NCBI GenBank assembly: GCA_009619095.1
Contig: WJOT01000078.1
Coordinates: 6,232-70,231 of the forward strand
Reading direction: 5' to 3'
From: Clostridia bacterium
GTDB taxonomy: Bacteria > UBA6262 > WVXT01
DNA: 64,000 bases
In this document: positions 1 through 9,511 of the stretch, piece by piece
Position numbering within the stretch: position 1 is the stretch's first letter
Layout: each line of letters begins with the position of its first letter
The notes under the pieces: generated by a model
The model's input: only the letters and a program-made list of their open reading frames with translations
What the model was told of the DNA's origin: nothing
Database searches by the model: none
Made by a program: the position numbers and the translations under genes

Positions 1-895
1 GGAAGAATCTCAATTTTACCATACCTGCTTTTACGCCTTTTGCCCGCAGGCGGTCAACTGCTGTTTTGGCTGTGCCGTAGGTGGAGCTAAGACAGAGAAC
101 TGCAAGGTCAGCGCCATCCATCTTATACTCTTCTAAGTAGTCGTATCTCTTTCTTATAAGTTTCTCAAATTTATCTACAACCTTGGGTATTGCTGAGTAG
201 GCATTTCTCATTGCCTCGGCTTCTTGCCTTTTGTGCTCAAAGTAGTAGTCCTGCAAATCGAGTGGGCCATATGTTATAGGATTTTTAACATCTAAAAGGG
301 AGTATTTTGTTTTTCTCTCACCTATCCACCCCTTTACCACTTTATCTTCCAGAAGCTGAATCCTTTCCACCGCATGGCTGGTTATGAATCCATCAAGGCA
401 TACCATAACCGGGAGAAGTATCTTCTCATCTTCAGCAATCCTCACTGCCAAAATGGTCGACTCATACGCTTCTTGTCCATTCTCGCAATATATCTGTATC
501 CAGCCGGAATCTCTGGCTCCCATAGAATCTGAATGGTCACAGTGAATGTTTATGGGTGCTGAAAGAGCACGATTTACCACAGGCATTACGATGGGAAGCC
601 TCAGCGAAGAGGCTATATAGACTATCTCCCACATTAGTGCCAGACCCTGAGAACATGTGGCTGTCATCGCCCTTACTCCTGAGGCAGATGCTCCCACACA
701 GGCGCTCATTGCGCTGTGTTCTGACTCCACAGGAATCGTCTCTGTATCCACAACTCCATCAGCAACGAACCGGGAAAATGCCATCACAATCTCTGTCTGG
801 GGAGTAATGGGATAGGCTGCTAACACATCCGGATTTATCTGGCGCATTGCATGGGCTACTGCTTCATTTCCTGTCAGAGCTAATTTATCTTTCAT
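1..895 (-). CDS. porA: Pyruvate:ferredoxin oxidoreductase alpha subunit, 3'-truncated by the window edge. Start at 895 with GGAGG RBS.
   Basis: Reverse translation from 895 gives MKDKLALTGNEAVAHAMRQINPDV...AYPITPQTEIV, a typical PorA N-terminus. It sits directly downstream of the porG and porD genes. Confidence 0.7.
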   Translation of the reverse strand, partial: MKDKLALTGNEAVAHAMRQINPDVLAAYPITPQTEIVMAFSRFVADGVVDTETIPVESEHSAMSACVGASASGVRAMTATCSQGLALMWEIVYIASSLRLPIVMPVVNRALSAPINIHCDHSDSMGARDSGWIQIYCENGQEAYESTILAVRIAEDEKILLPVMVCLDGFITSHAVERIQLLEDKVVKGWIGERKTKYSLLDVKNPITYGPLDLQDYYFEHKRQEAEAMRNAYSAIPKVVDKFEKLIRKRYDYLEEYKMDGADLAVLCLSSTYGTAKTAVDRLRAKGVKAGMVKLRFF

Positions 896-914
896 TATTT
901 TTCCTCCAGTAATA

Positions 915-1190
915 TTATTCCTTGACCATCTCAATGCATTTAACAGGGCATATCTGGGCACAGATGCCACAGCCCTTGCAGTGGTCGTAGTCGAATCCAG
1001 TCATCTTGTCCCCGGATACCAGGATTGATGAATCGGGACAATATATCCAGCAGGTGAGACAGTTTGTGCATTTCTCTACATCCCTCACTGGCTTGAACGT
1101 CCTCCAGTCACCTGTCTTATATTCTTTAGCATTTCCTGCTTCAACGATTAATCCAGCAATCGGTATATCCTTCCAGCCTTTCTCTTTCAT
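915..1190 (-). CDS. porD: Pyruvate:ferredoxin oxidoreductase delta subunit (2x[4Fe-4S] ferredoxin)
   Basis: 91-aa ORF with two CxxCxxCxxxCP cluster motifs. Located between porG and porA. Confidence 0.8.
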   Translation of the reverse strand: MKEKGWKDIPIAGLIVEAGNAKEYKTGDWRTFKPVRDVEKCTNCLTCWIYCPDSSILVSGDKMTGFDYDHCKGCGICAQICPVKCIEMVKE

Positions 1191-1208
1191 AAATCCTCCC
1201 TATAAAAA

Positions 1209-1781
1209 TCAGCCAGATTCCACTTCCTTATGGGCTCTTTCAATGGCTTCGATATTTCCCTTAACTGCCTTCTCTCCAATTTTCTTCAGGAACTTCTTTT
1301 TTAGTTTCTCTTCCAGATCTTTCATACTAACTATTCCTGTAGCCTTTATCAATGCTCCCAGCATAGGTGTGTTGGGCATAGGTCTTCCCAGAGTGTCCAG
1401 GGAAATCTGAGTAGCATTTACGGTAAATACTTTTCCTTTGTTAAATTTTATCTTCTGCCGAATTGCCTCCGGCTTCTCTTCTGTATTCACAATGAGAATC
1501 CCTTCATCTCCCAGGCCCTCAGCCACATCGATTGTCTCCATAATTGTGGAGTCTATTACTACCACCACGCCCGGGCTGGTTACTCCACAGTGGAGATTTA
1601 TTGGCTCATCGCTGATGCGGGTAAAAGCCTTCATGGGTGCTCCTGCCCTTTCGGGACCATATTCAGGAAATGCCTGAATGTACATCCCCCCACCCAAGGC
1701 CGTTTCTGCCAGAAGCTGGGCTGCTGTCTTTGCTCCCTGACCTCCACGACCATGGAATCTTACCTCTATCAGTTTTGCCAT
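1209..1781 (-). CDS. porG: Pyruvate:ferredoxin oxidoreductase gamma subunit
   Basis: 190-aa ORF with N-terminus MAKLIEVRFHGRGGQGAKTAAQLLAE, typical of the PorG family. Confidence 0.8.
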   Translation of the reverse strand: MAKLIEVRFHGRGGQGAKTAAQLLAETALGGGMYIQAFPEYGPERAGAPMKAFTRISDEPINLHCGVTSPGVVVVIDSTIMETIDVAEGLGDEGILIVNTEEKPEAIRQKIKFNKGKVFTVNATQISLDTLGRPMPNTPMLGALIKATGIVSMKDLEEKLKKKFLKKIGEKAVKGNIEAIERAHKEVESG

Positions 1782-1868
1782 TTTCTTTTCTCCTTGTAGA
1801 TTTTTGACAAAAGTTCAGCCAATTTTAGCAAAAAATATCCTCTTTGTCAAAAGATTTCCCCCTCACCC

Positions 1869-2441
1869 CTACCCTCTCCCCCCAGGGGAGAGGATAATTG
1901 ACCGTCCCAGATTGAAAGCTTCTTTCAACTTTCTTTTCTTTTTCTTTATGGCACCTTTCTCCGGCACGCCGGGCGCGAGTATTTTCCCTTTAAGCTTCAT
2001 TCCCAGGTATCTTGCGCTCATTTCCATCATCCTCAAAAGAGGATTTGCAGTGTTGGGGTCTTCGCCTGCAAAGGCTATAGCTAAAACAACCTCTTTCCCC
2101 TTTATCTTATCCTTATTTTTTGAACAGTCGAAATAGAGCAGCCTGTCTATAAGGGCTTTCATGGAAACGCTCGGTCCAAACCAGTACATAGGAGTACCTA
2201 AAACTATGCGATCGCTATCTATAAGTTTCTTATAGATTCGCTTCATTCCATCATTAATTCTACAGACCTCGGTCTCCCAGCAGGTATAGCATCCATCACA
2301 CTCCTTAATTCTCAAGTTGCTGAGAGAAATTAGCTCTGTCCTGGCGCCCGCTTCTCTGGCGCCTTTCAGAATTTGGGAAACTAAAATGTGAGTATTGCCT
2401 CCCTTACGGGGACTTCCCGCAATGCCAAGAACCTTTTTCAT
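1869..2441 (-). CDS. NADPH-dependent FMN reductase / iron-sulfur flavoprotein (Isf)-like
   Basis: N-terminus MKKVLGIAGSPRKGGNTHIL (flavodoxin-like FMN reductase fold) plus a compact Cys cluster ECDGCYTCWETEVC. Confidence 0.6.
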   Translation of the reverse strand: MKKVLGIAGSPRKGGNTHILVSQILKGAREAGARTELISLSNLRIKECDGCYTCWETEVCRINDGMKRIYKKLIDSDRIVLGTPMYWFGPSVSMKALIDRLLYFDCSKNKDKIKGKEVVLAIAFAGEDPNTANPLLRMMEMSARYLGMKLKGKILAPGVPEKGAIKKKKRKLKEAFNLGRSIILSPGGRG

Positions 2442-2517
2442 TTGCTACCTCCTTTTTTCCACTGCACAGTGTGTATATTCATTGTAGCTGCAGAGCGAAA
2501 TTGTGGTATATAATTAT

Positions 2518-2583
2518 GTCACTGCGAGCGACTGAAAGGAGCGTGGCAGTCTGGAGATTGCTTCACTTCGTTCGCAATGACAG
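2518..2583. repeat. Structured inverted-repeat element, copy A. Outer stem GTCACTGCGAG ... CGTTCGCAATGAC. The second copy is at 43508-43588.
   Basis: The 11-bp outer inverted repeat is shared with 43508-43588, as are the internal AAAGGAGCGTGG and CTTCACTYCGTTCGCAATGACAG segments. Confidence 0.5.
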
Positions 2584-2687
2584 CGCTTTGCTGCTACAGA
2601 AGGGTCAAATATATTGTCTTTTCTTATCGGATATGCTATATTGAAGACAGTATGAAGAAATCATCCAGTAAAAGGAGTACAAATACA

Positions 2688-3077
2688 ATGAAAAAGAAGA
2701 CTATGGTACTTGTCGCTCATAATGGCAAAAAGAAGGATATGGTTGATTGGGCAAAATTCAACAAAGGCACCTTGCAAAAGTTCGAAATCTATTCAACCAA
2801 GGCAACAGGAGAAAGAATTATAAAAGATGTGGGATTACCGGTCAACCTTCTTCTGAGTGGTCCCCTGGGAGGAGATTCCCAGGTGGGAGCTATGATAGCA
2901 GAAAAAACGGCAGACCTTATTATCTTTTTCTGGGACCCCTTATCTTCTCATCCGCACGATGTGGACATAAAAGCGGTTCTCAGGCTGGCTGTCCTGCACG
3001 ATATACCGATTGCTTGTAATCGCTCCACGGCCGACTTCTTGATATCTTCTCCATTATTAAAAAAAGAACAATCGTAA
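2688..3077 (+). CDS. mgsA: Methylglyoxal synthase
   Basis: MKKKTMVLVAHNGKKKDMVDW...PLGGDSQVGAMIAEKTADLIIFFWDPLSSHPHDVDIKAVLRLAVLHDIPIA. ATG at 2688 is preceded by an AAAGGAG RBS. Confidence 0.8.
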   Translation: MKKKTMVLVAHNGKKKDMVDWAKFNKGTLQKFEIYSTKATGERIIKDVGLPVNLLLSGPLGGDSQVGAMIAEKTADLIIFFWDPLSSHPHDVDIKAVLRLAVLHDIPIACNRSTADFLISSPLLKKEQS

Positions 3078-3079
3078 AT

Positions 3080-3679
3080 TCAGATCTCTCGCCTGCCTTC
3101 CAGGGCTTTGGCCAAGGTGACTTCATCGGCATACTCCAGGTCGCTGCCCATAGGCATTCCCTGCGCCAGCTGGGTCACCTTCACTCCCAGAGGCTTGATG
3201 AGTTTCGAGAGATAAGCAGCAGTTGCTTCGCCTTCCACATTCGGATTTGTAGCAATTATCACTTCTTTGATTTTGTCCTGTTCAATTCTTGTGACCAGTT
3301 CCTTTATCTTTAAATCGTCAGGACCAACTCCATCAAGGGGAGAAAGTGCGCCCATAAGCACATGGTACGTTCCTTTATACTCTCCCATCTTTTCAAAAAT
3401 GAAGATGTCCTGCGGCTGTTCTACGACGCAGATGGTGCTTCCATCTCTGGTAGAATCATCACATATCAAACAAGGGTCGCTATCAGTGATATTGCCACAA
3501 ACAGAACAGCTTTTCATCTTCTCCTTTGCCGCGAGAATAGATTGAGCTAATTCATTAGCCTCTGCCCGGGAACTCTTCAATATATGGAATGCTAACCTCT
3601 GGGCACTCTTCGGCCCGATGCCCGGCAAACAGTGCAAAGCCGAGATTAGTCTCTGTAAAGATTTGGAATAGATAGGCAT
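3080..3679 (-). CDS. recR: Recombination protein RecR
   Basis: HhH motif (LPGIGPKSAQRLAFHIL), C4 zinc finger CSVCGNITDSDPCLIC and a Toprim domain. Confidence 0.9.
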   Translation of the reverse strand: MPIYSKSLQRLISALHCLPGIGPKSAQRLAFHILKSSRAEANELAQSILAAKEKMKSCSVCGNITDSDPCLICDDSTRDGSTICVVEQPQDIFIFEKMGEYKGTYHVLMGALSPLDGVGPDDLKIKELVTRIEQDKIKEVIIATNPNVEGEATAAYLSKLIKPLGVKVTQLAQGMPMGSDLEYADEVTLAKALEGRREI

Positions 3680-3694
3680 TTTAATTCACCAAAA

Positions 3695-5407
3695 TTACTT
3701 TTCTTCACGCTCTTCCTTCACGATTTTTCCTTCAAACATTTTGAGCACCTTTTCTACAATTGGGTCAACTTCTTTTTTTTCCTCGGAATTGAAAACCGGC
3801 TCCTGGTTGGGAGCCACCACTTTCTCCTCTGGCTCAGACTCTCCTAAAAACTCCTCAGGAGCTGACTCATCTTTCTCCACCTTCTCTTTTGTCGGCGAGG
3901 TAGCATTAATCTCGCCAGTCATACATTTTATCTTGAGCTCTTTCCCGAGAACTCCCTTTATAGCTTGTTCGACAATATTCGACTTTTTCTCTACCCTGTC
4001 CTTATGGAAACTGTAATTTTTGGGAAAAACGATGTACAGGAGTTCTCCTTCCATACGGACGGGCGAACCCTCGAGAAGGCAAGAGTGGAGAGGAATGTCC
4101 AGTTTTCTGACAGATTCGAGAACTTCTTCCCAGCGCTGTCCAATTTCCTGAATCTCCGAATTATCTCCTGCCGGGAGTTTCTTCTCCTCCCTGAGCATGA
4201 GAGGAGGTTTCTTGCCTTCCCGAACATATCTTTCCGCAGAAGGCTCCCCTTTTTTCTCTTCAAGGGTTAGCGACTTTTCCAGTCTCCTGATTCTCTCAAT
4301 AATTTCTCCAATGGGGATATATGGCTGACAGAGACGAAACATATCGACCTCTATCACCAGCCGCGGCTGTTCGCTCCACTTCATAGATTCGTAGGTCTTG
4401 CTGAGAAGGTCGATAATCCTCACCATGTTTTCTTCCGTAAACCGGCCTCCTTTTTTGAGAAGGATTTCCAGGTGCTTATGGGGAAGTTGCAAAATTTTCG
4501 TATTCTCTCCTGCCACTTTTATAAGCAGCATATTTCTGAAGTGTTGCCTCAGGTCTTTGATAAACTGGTGGAGGTTATAACCGGATTCGGTTATCTCATC
4601 TATGAGGGAGAGAATCTCCCTGCCTTTGTGCTCAGCGATGAGGTCGGAAAATTCTACCAGGCGCTCAAATGGAAGAACACCCAGAATGAAATTTGTCTCC
4701 TGTAAGTCTATCTTCTTACCGCCAGCATAAGAAATAACCTGGTCGAGCAGGCTCTGGGCATCCCTGAGACTTCCTTCTCCTCTGTAAGCAATTAGATCGA
4801 GAACCTCCTTTTCTATTTTCAGTTTTTCTTTTCCCACAATGTAATTTAGTCTGTCAAAGATTTTCTTCTGAGGAATCAGTTTAAAGGAAAACCTCTGGCA
4901 TCGGGAAAGAATGGTGGGTGGAATCCTCTCCGGCTGAGTGGTGGCCAACATAAAGATGACGTGCCGGGGAGGTTCCTCCAGAGTCTTCAGGAGAGCATTG
5001 AAAGCGTCGTGAGTAATCTGATGTGCCTCATCAATAATGTAGATTTTGTAGTGAGAGGAGACGGGAGCAAATTTTACGTTCTCCCTTAAAGCCCTTATCT
5101 CATCAATTCCCCTGTTGGATGCGCCATCGATTTCCAGAACGTCGATGGAACTGCCTCTGACAATTTCCACACAGGATGTACACTTGTTGCAGGGCTGGGG
5201 CGTGGGACCTTGTTTACAATTCAGTGCTTTAGCTAAGATGCGTGCAGTAGTCGTCTTGCCTATGCCTCTGGGTCCTGAAAAGAGGTAAGCGTGGGCAACT
5301 TTACCTGAGGTAATGGCATTCTTTAAAGTCTTAGAGACATGCTCCTGCCCTACAATCTCATCGAACGTTTGTGGTCTATATTTTAGTGCTAATACCAGGT
5401 AAGACAT
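3695..5407 (-). CDS. dnaX: DNA polymerase III subunit gamma/tau
   Basis: N-terminus LALKYRPQTFDEIVGQEHV, Walker A GPRGIGKTT and a CxxC zinc module. Confidence 0.9.
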   Translation of the reverse strand: MSYLVLALKYRPQTFDEIVGQEHVSKTLKNAITSGKVAHAYLFSGPRGIGKTTTARILAKALNCKQGPTPQPCNKCTSCVEIVRGSSIDVLEIDGASNRGIDEIRALRENVKFAPVSSHYKIYIIDEAHQITHDAFNALLKTLEEPPRHVIFMLATTQPERIPPTILSRCQRFSFKLIPQKKIFDRLNYIVGKEKLKIEKEVLDLIAYRGEGSLRDAQSLLDQVISYAGGKKIDLQETNFILGVLPFERLVEFSDLIAEHKGREILSLIDEITESGYNLHQFIKDLRQHFRNMLLIKVAGENTKILQLPHKHLEILLKKGGRFTEENMVRIIDLLSKTYESMKWSEQPRLVIEVDMFRLCQPYIPIGEIIERIRRLEKSLTLEEKKGEPSAERYVREGKKPPLMLREEKKLPAGDNSEIQEIGQRWEEVLESVRKLDIPLHSCLLEGSPVRMEGELLYIVFPKNYSFHKDRVEKKSNIVEQAIKGVLGKELKIKCMTGEINATSPTKEKVEKDESAPEEFLGESEPEEKVVAPNQEPVFNSEEKKEVDPIVEKVLKMFEGKIVKEEREEK

Positions 5408-6467
5408 CGTAACCTTCTATATGGTAATGGATTTGTTTTATCTCATATTTTTTGCGATAGAGTACTTTTTCTCTCTTAGGAATAAGAAGACTGAATAAAG
5501 TCCATATAATAACAGGACAAATTACAACCCCAATTGCCTTAGGAGTGGTAAGAATTTGGAATTTTCTGAATCCTTCTACCTGGACAACAAAAGTTACATA
5601 AAGCCAGAATAGACTATAAATTATTGTCCAGAACAAAAAAGTGCTCTTAAACTGTTCAGCAAAATATAGAATAACTTCAGGTGACTTAGTGGCACCAGCA
5701 GCGAGGAATGCTGATAATATGTCACCCCCGATAAAAATAAGTAAAAGAAGATATAAACCAATAGTCCAAACACTAACGGCTACACCTATATAAGTAACAA
5801 CACGAAAAGTTTGTTCGTAATCTCTTTTACCACCAAATAATTTCACAAAGAAATGGTAGACACCAGCATTAATAAAAAGACCTAATATGCCCAACAAGCC
5901 GACTAAAGAGAAAATGAAGAATAAAAACGCTACACCTATCAAAGCAACAGGTGAACCTATCGGCTTGGCGAGAGAAAATATTAATGTGGGTATGCAAATT
6001 GCCGCAAGCAGCAAACCTAATGTTACCATATAAAACTTTATCGGTGCGCCAAAACCTCCTTCCTGAGGTAATTCTTCAAAAAATTTCTTGGGATATACAA
6101 TTAATTCCCAGCATTTACGGAAAAAACCCTTTTCTGGAGTGAATATCCCATATTGCTCACGTGCGATTCCTTGACCATATTTTGTTCTTTTTGGTACTAC
6201 TCCTGTAGAACATTGATTGCAAACTAATTGTCCATCTTTTTCCTGAAGACAGTCAAAACAGAAATCGCGTTGACAAACTGCACAAAATCCCTGCGCTGGA
6301 CGGTCTGGATGGTTAGTACATACATCTTTTTGCAAAGACGGCCCTTTTTCTTCTTCGGGTTCAGGAAATTCGGGAGGTTCTGCCTTTTTCCTGAACGGTT
6401 CATAACACATCCCGCAATATAATGCGTCATCCTTATTCTCGTAACCACATTTTGGACATTTAATCAC
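5376..6467 (-). CDS. Membrane protein with N-terminal zinc-ribbon motifs and a Yip1-like multi-TM domain
   Basis: CPKCGYEN...CGMC and CAVCQRDFCFDC...CNQC ribbons are followed by 5-6 hydrophobic helices. The ORF overlaps the dnaX start by 32 nt. Confidence 0.5.
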   Translation of the reverse strand: MIKCPKCGYENKDDALYCGMCYEPFRKKAEPPEFPEPEEEKGPSLQKDVCTNHPDRPAQGFCAVCQRDFCFDCLQEKDGQLVCNQCSTGVVPKRTKYGQGIAREQYGIFTPEKGFFRKCWELIVYPKKFFEELPQEGGFGAPIKFYMVTLGLLLAAICIPTLIFSLAKPIGSPVALIGVAFLFFIFSLVGLLGILGLFINAGVYHFFVKLFGGKRDYEQTFRVVTYIGVAVSVWTIGLYLLLLIFIGGDILSAFLAAGATKSPEVILYFAEQFKSTFLFWTIIYSLFWLYVTFVVQVEGFRKFQILTTPKAIGVVICPVIIWTLFSLLIPKREKVLYRKKYEIKQIHYHIEGYDVLPGISTKI

Positions 6468-6526
6468 TCTGACCCCTTTTTGAGTCCTTCGAACCTAGTG
6501 AAGCCATCTAGATTTTAACTCGGACT

Positions 6527-6949
6527 TCAACTTTTAAAATCTAAATAATCTTTAGCCCAATTTATATCAACCGCCTGATTATTCTTAGGGGCGTTAATTC
6601 TGAGGTGTATCCTAGTCTTACCAGCAAACAATCTAGGAGGTAGGAAATAAATTTCTCCATTATCTGGACAGTTAACTGCAATGCAATCTATATCGTTGCC
6701 ATACGATTTTTGTACAACTCTACCTCGAGGACGTATGCTAAAAGTTTGTAAGTTCACAGATAGCCGCCCTTTTCTTATCCTAACGCATTTCACCTGGATT
6801 TTTAGAAATTTATTGTCTCTTTCGATAACTAAATCATATCGTTCGTTACCACCTGATGGAAATAAAACAACATAACCTAGTTCAACGAATTTCGCAGCTA
6901 CCTCGAATTCCGCATTTACAGCTGTTTGAATATTAGGTTTCATGCTCAC
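6527..6949 (-). CDS. PD-(D/E)xK nuclease-superfamily-like small protein (Hjc/YraN-like motif arrangement)
   Basis: Motifs EFEVAAKFVELGY ... ERYDLVIERDNKFLKIQVK (E...D...QxK). The GGAGGTGA RBS begins 3 nt after the encoded CCA of the upstream tRNA-Ala. Confidence 0.4.
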   Translation of the reverse strand: MSMKPNIQTAVNAEFEVAAKFVELGYVVLFPSGGNERYDLVIERDNKFLKIQVKCVRIRKGRLSVNLQTFSIRPRGRVVQKSYGNDIDCIAVNCPDNGEIYFLPPRLFAGKTRIHLRINAPKNNQAVDINWAKDYLDFKS

Positions 6950-6956
6950 CTCCCCA

Positions 6957-7032
6957 TGGTGGAGCGGAGGGGACTTGAACCCCTGACCTCTTCCGTGCGA
7001 GGGAAGCGTTCTCCCAACTGAACTACCGCCCC
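6957..7032 (-). tRNA. tRNA-Ala (anticodon CGC). CCA end is encoded.
   Basis: Cloverleaf GGGGCGG-TA-GTTC..GAAC-G-CTTCC-CTCGCAC-GGAAG-AGGTC-AGGGG-TTCAAGT-CCCCT-CCGCTCC-A-CCA. It has the G3:U70 alanine identity pair. Confidence 0.8.
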
Positions 7033-7038
7033 GTCATC

Positions 7039-7110
7039 TTCTGCTCCGCAGAAGGTAGTCGCTCCGATTGGTCGGAGCGTATATAAACGCAACCTAAAGG
7101 TTGCGACTAC
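7039..7110 (-). terminator. Hairpin cluster downstream of the AsmA-family gene (CTTCTGC-TCC-GCAGAAG, CGCTCCGA-TTGG-TCGGAGCG, GCAACC-TAAA-GGTTGC). Probable terminator region that is also a member of the CCGAT-hairpin repeat family.
   Basis: Three consecutive perfect stem-loops lie between the stop at 7140 and the tRNA. Confidence 0.4.
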
Positions 7111-7139
7111 CGATTTGCGATTACCGATTTGTGGCTATT

Positions 7140-9461
7140 TTATTTCTTAAAAAGTTTCTTTAAGCCTTCCTCTATTCCCTTTTTCAAAATATCTTTGCCA
7201 GCCTTTTCTGCTGCCTTCTTAGTTAATTTCCCCCAGTCGAGATTAACTTTTGGGTCTTCAAATGTTCCGGCAATCTTAAATGGCACAGTTACTCTTCCTT
7301 CAGAGTCACCAGCATATTTGACAAAGTCTCCACCAGAGTATTCTTTGGTAAACTTAATATCACCCTTTATATCCTGCCTCTTCTTAACCAGATCAACATT
7401 GCCGGAACAATAAGCATCCAGTTTGTCTCCACCTTCTGTCTTCACATCTGTAAGATATACCTTCCCTTTTTTAATGGTGAGTTTCCCGCTTGCCGATTGG
7501 AAACTTGTCTCTTTAAGTTCGGGAATTTTGGCAGCAGAAGCAATCTTGTCCAGAATCTTTATTCCCTTTATCTTCATATCTTTTATCTCCATGAGACCTG
7601 AACCATTCAATTTAGAAAAATCTTTTCCCCTGCCAGAAATCTTTATCTTTCCAGAAGCTATAGCATAAAACTGTCCCTTCATTTTCCTGCCCATAGATTG
7701 GATAACCTTATGTATATCGAGATTTTTGACGTCACTATCGAGATTGAATTTAAGGGTATCCAAAGAAGAGCCTTTAAGGTCGGCGGAGAGAGAGCCTTTC
7801 ATACTACCGTCGTACGCTGATAGAGAGAGAAGTTTCAGTTTTAGTATCGATTTAGCAAGGTCCAGTTTTGCCGAACAATTGGATATCTGATAGTTCTGAA
7901 AGGATAGTTTCTTGAGCTTGATTTTCCCTGAGACCGTAGCATCCGGTGGAATCCCAACTTTAGGAGATGGCTTCTCTTTTACAGCTGGTGGCTCTTGTTT
8001 CGCCTTCTTTGCTGCAGGCTTTCCCTCTTTTGGCTTTTTCGGTTTCTCCGCCACTTTCACTTCCATTGTCCCTATATCCAGATTAAAATTGACCTTCGGC
8101 TTTTTGAAATCCAGAATATTTCCTGAATATTTTAAATTGGACCTGTCCAGTTTTACGGTCATTTCTTTCTGGATTGACTCTATATTTTTTACGCCTATCT
8201 TTCCGGAAATATTTAGTGACTCCGGTACACCTGAAATCTTTGTCTCCCCTGCCACTATTCCCGCAAGCCCATAGTCCTTGACGAGAGGGACTAACTCCTG
8301 GAGCGATTTCATATCAAATTTTTCCAGAGAAACTTTAAGATTGAGTCTCTTCTCTTCCTTAAGCCCTACTACCTTCCCGGAGGCAGAAGCTTTCATCTCA
8401 CCAAGAGCTATTGATATTGAGTTCAACTTCAGAATGTTATTGTGTTCAAGGACAATATCAATTCCCATTCCCCCGTCTATACCAGAAGGCTTATGGAATA
8501 AGTCCTTAAACAATACCTCGACTTTTTTAATACCAATATTACCTTTAATCTTGATTCTGTTCAAATTCCCGGAGATATCTGCGTTTATATCTGGCTCACC
8601 AGACATTAGAAAATCTCCGGAGAAAGGAAATGTCTTGGAAAGCTCCTCCAGCGCAAAATCTTCACTTTTTATATTAATTGCAAAAGAGAGTTTCTCTGGC
8701 TCCATAAACTTTTCCACACTCCCGGTAGCTCCTATTCCTACACCAGCTATAGTTGCTAAAGCTTTCTTAATCTTGATACTCTTTTCTTTTATGTCAACAC
8801 TTCCTTTAAAGGCAAAAGAACCCTCCAATTTCTCCTTTGCCACATCAAAAGAGGCTTCCACAAAGAAAGGTGAAACAAGCGAAATGCCGTAAACACTCAG
8901 GTTAATGTTCTTCAAATCTGCCGATAGCTTCTGTGGCGTCCTGTCTACAAATTTCACTTCTCCCCCGGATATGGTTACTTTCGATACCAGGAAAGAGAAG
9001 GCTATTGGCTTAACTTTTGCCGGCAGACCCTTTTCTGCCTTTTCTTCTTTCTTTGCCTCAGGTATTTTCTCTACCATAAGGTCGCTGAAATTAAATGAGC
9101 CGTCCGCTTTTCTTATAATATTTATCTTGGGAGAGATGAGCGTAACTTCGCTTATGGAAATCTGCTTTTTAAGAAGGGGGAGAAATTTTGGCCTTACCAG
9201 AAACTGTCCTGCCTGCACAAAGGTCCCTTTGTCGAATGATGGCTTCTGGGAAATTTTGAAACCTTTGACTCTAAGTCCTCTGAGACCAACGGAGATACTT
9301 TCTATCTCTACCTGCCTGTGGAGGACTTCAGACATCCTGGTTATCAACATAGCTTTCACCTTTGCCGGAGGAAATGCAATCCTTAAAGCAATTGTTCCTC
9401 CCACAAAGACAAATAGCGAAATAAGAAAAAGAATAAGCAGAATTTTCTTGAATTTTTTCAT
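7140..9461 (-). CDS. AsmA-family outer-membrane assembly protein with a Lys/Pro-rich linker
   Basis: 773 aa with an N-terminal signal anchor MKKFKKILLILFLISLFVFVGG and repetitive beta-rich AsmA-like body. The internal KPKKPKEGKPAAKKAKQEPP segment is low-complexity. Confidence 0.6.
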   Translation of the reverse strand: MKKFKKILLILFLISLFVFVGGTIALRIAFPPAKVKAMLITRMSEVLHRQVEIESISVGLRGLRVKGFKISQKPSFDKGTFVQAGQFLVRPKFLPLLKKQISISEVTLISPKINIIRKADGSFNFSDLMVEKIPEAKKEEKAEKGLPAKVKPIAFSFLVSKVTISGGEVKFVDRTPQKLSADLKNINLSVYGISLVSPFFVEASFDVAKEKLEGSFAFKGSVDIKEKSIKIKKALATIAGVGIGATGSVEKFMEPEKLSFAINIKSEDFALEELSKTFPFSGDFLMSGEPDINADISGNLNRIKIKGNIGIKKVEVLFKDLFHKPSGIDGGMGIDIVLEHNNILKLNSISIALGEMKASASGKVVGLKEEKRLNLKVSLEKFDMKSLQELVPLVKDYGLAGIVAGETKISGVPESLNISGKIGVKNIESIQKEMTVKLDRSNLKYSGNILDFKKPKVNFNLDIGTMEVKVAEKPKKPKEGKPAAKKAKQEPPAVKEKPSPKVGIPPDATVSGKIKLKKLSFQNYQISNCSAKLDLAKSILKLKLLSLSAYDGSMKGSLSADLKGSSLDTLKFNLDSDVKNLDIHKVIQSMGRKMKGQFYAIASGKIKISGRGKDFSKLNGSGLMEIKDMKIKGIKILDKIASAAKIPELKETSFQSASGKLTIKKGKVYLTDVKTEGGDKLDAYCSGNVDLVKKRQDIKGDIKFTKEYSGGDFVKYAGDSEGRVTVPFKIAGTFEDPKVNLDWGKLTKKAAEKAGKDILKKGIEEGLKKLFKK

Positions 9462-9511
9462 CTTTTAACCTTTCCTTTTAATAAATTGCCTTCCTTTCGG
9501 AAGGACTCCAA

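Noticed and set aside
1006-1799. Plus-strand ORFs (134, 79 and 69 aa) overlapping porD/porG
   Set aside because: They are antisense to strongly supported ferredoxin-oxidoreductase subunit genes and have no independent signals.
7912-9468. Three plus-strand ORFs (120, 204, 187 aa) rich in S/F/P/I
   Set aside because: They are antisense to the well-supported 773-aa AsmA-family ORF. The low-complexity composition is typical of the reverse strand of a K/E-rich gene.
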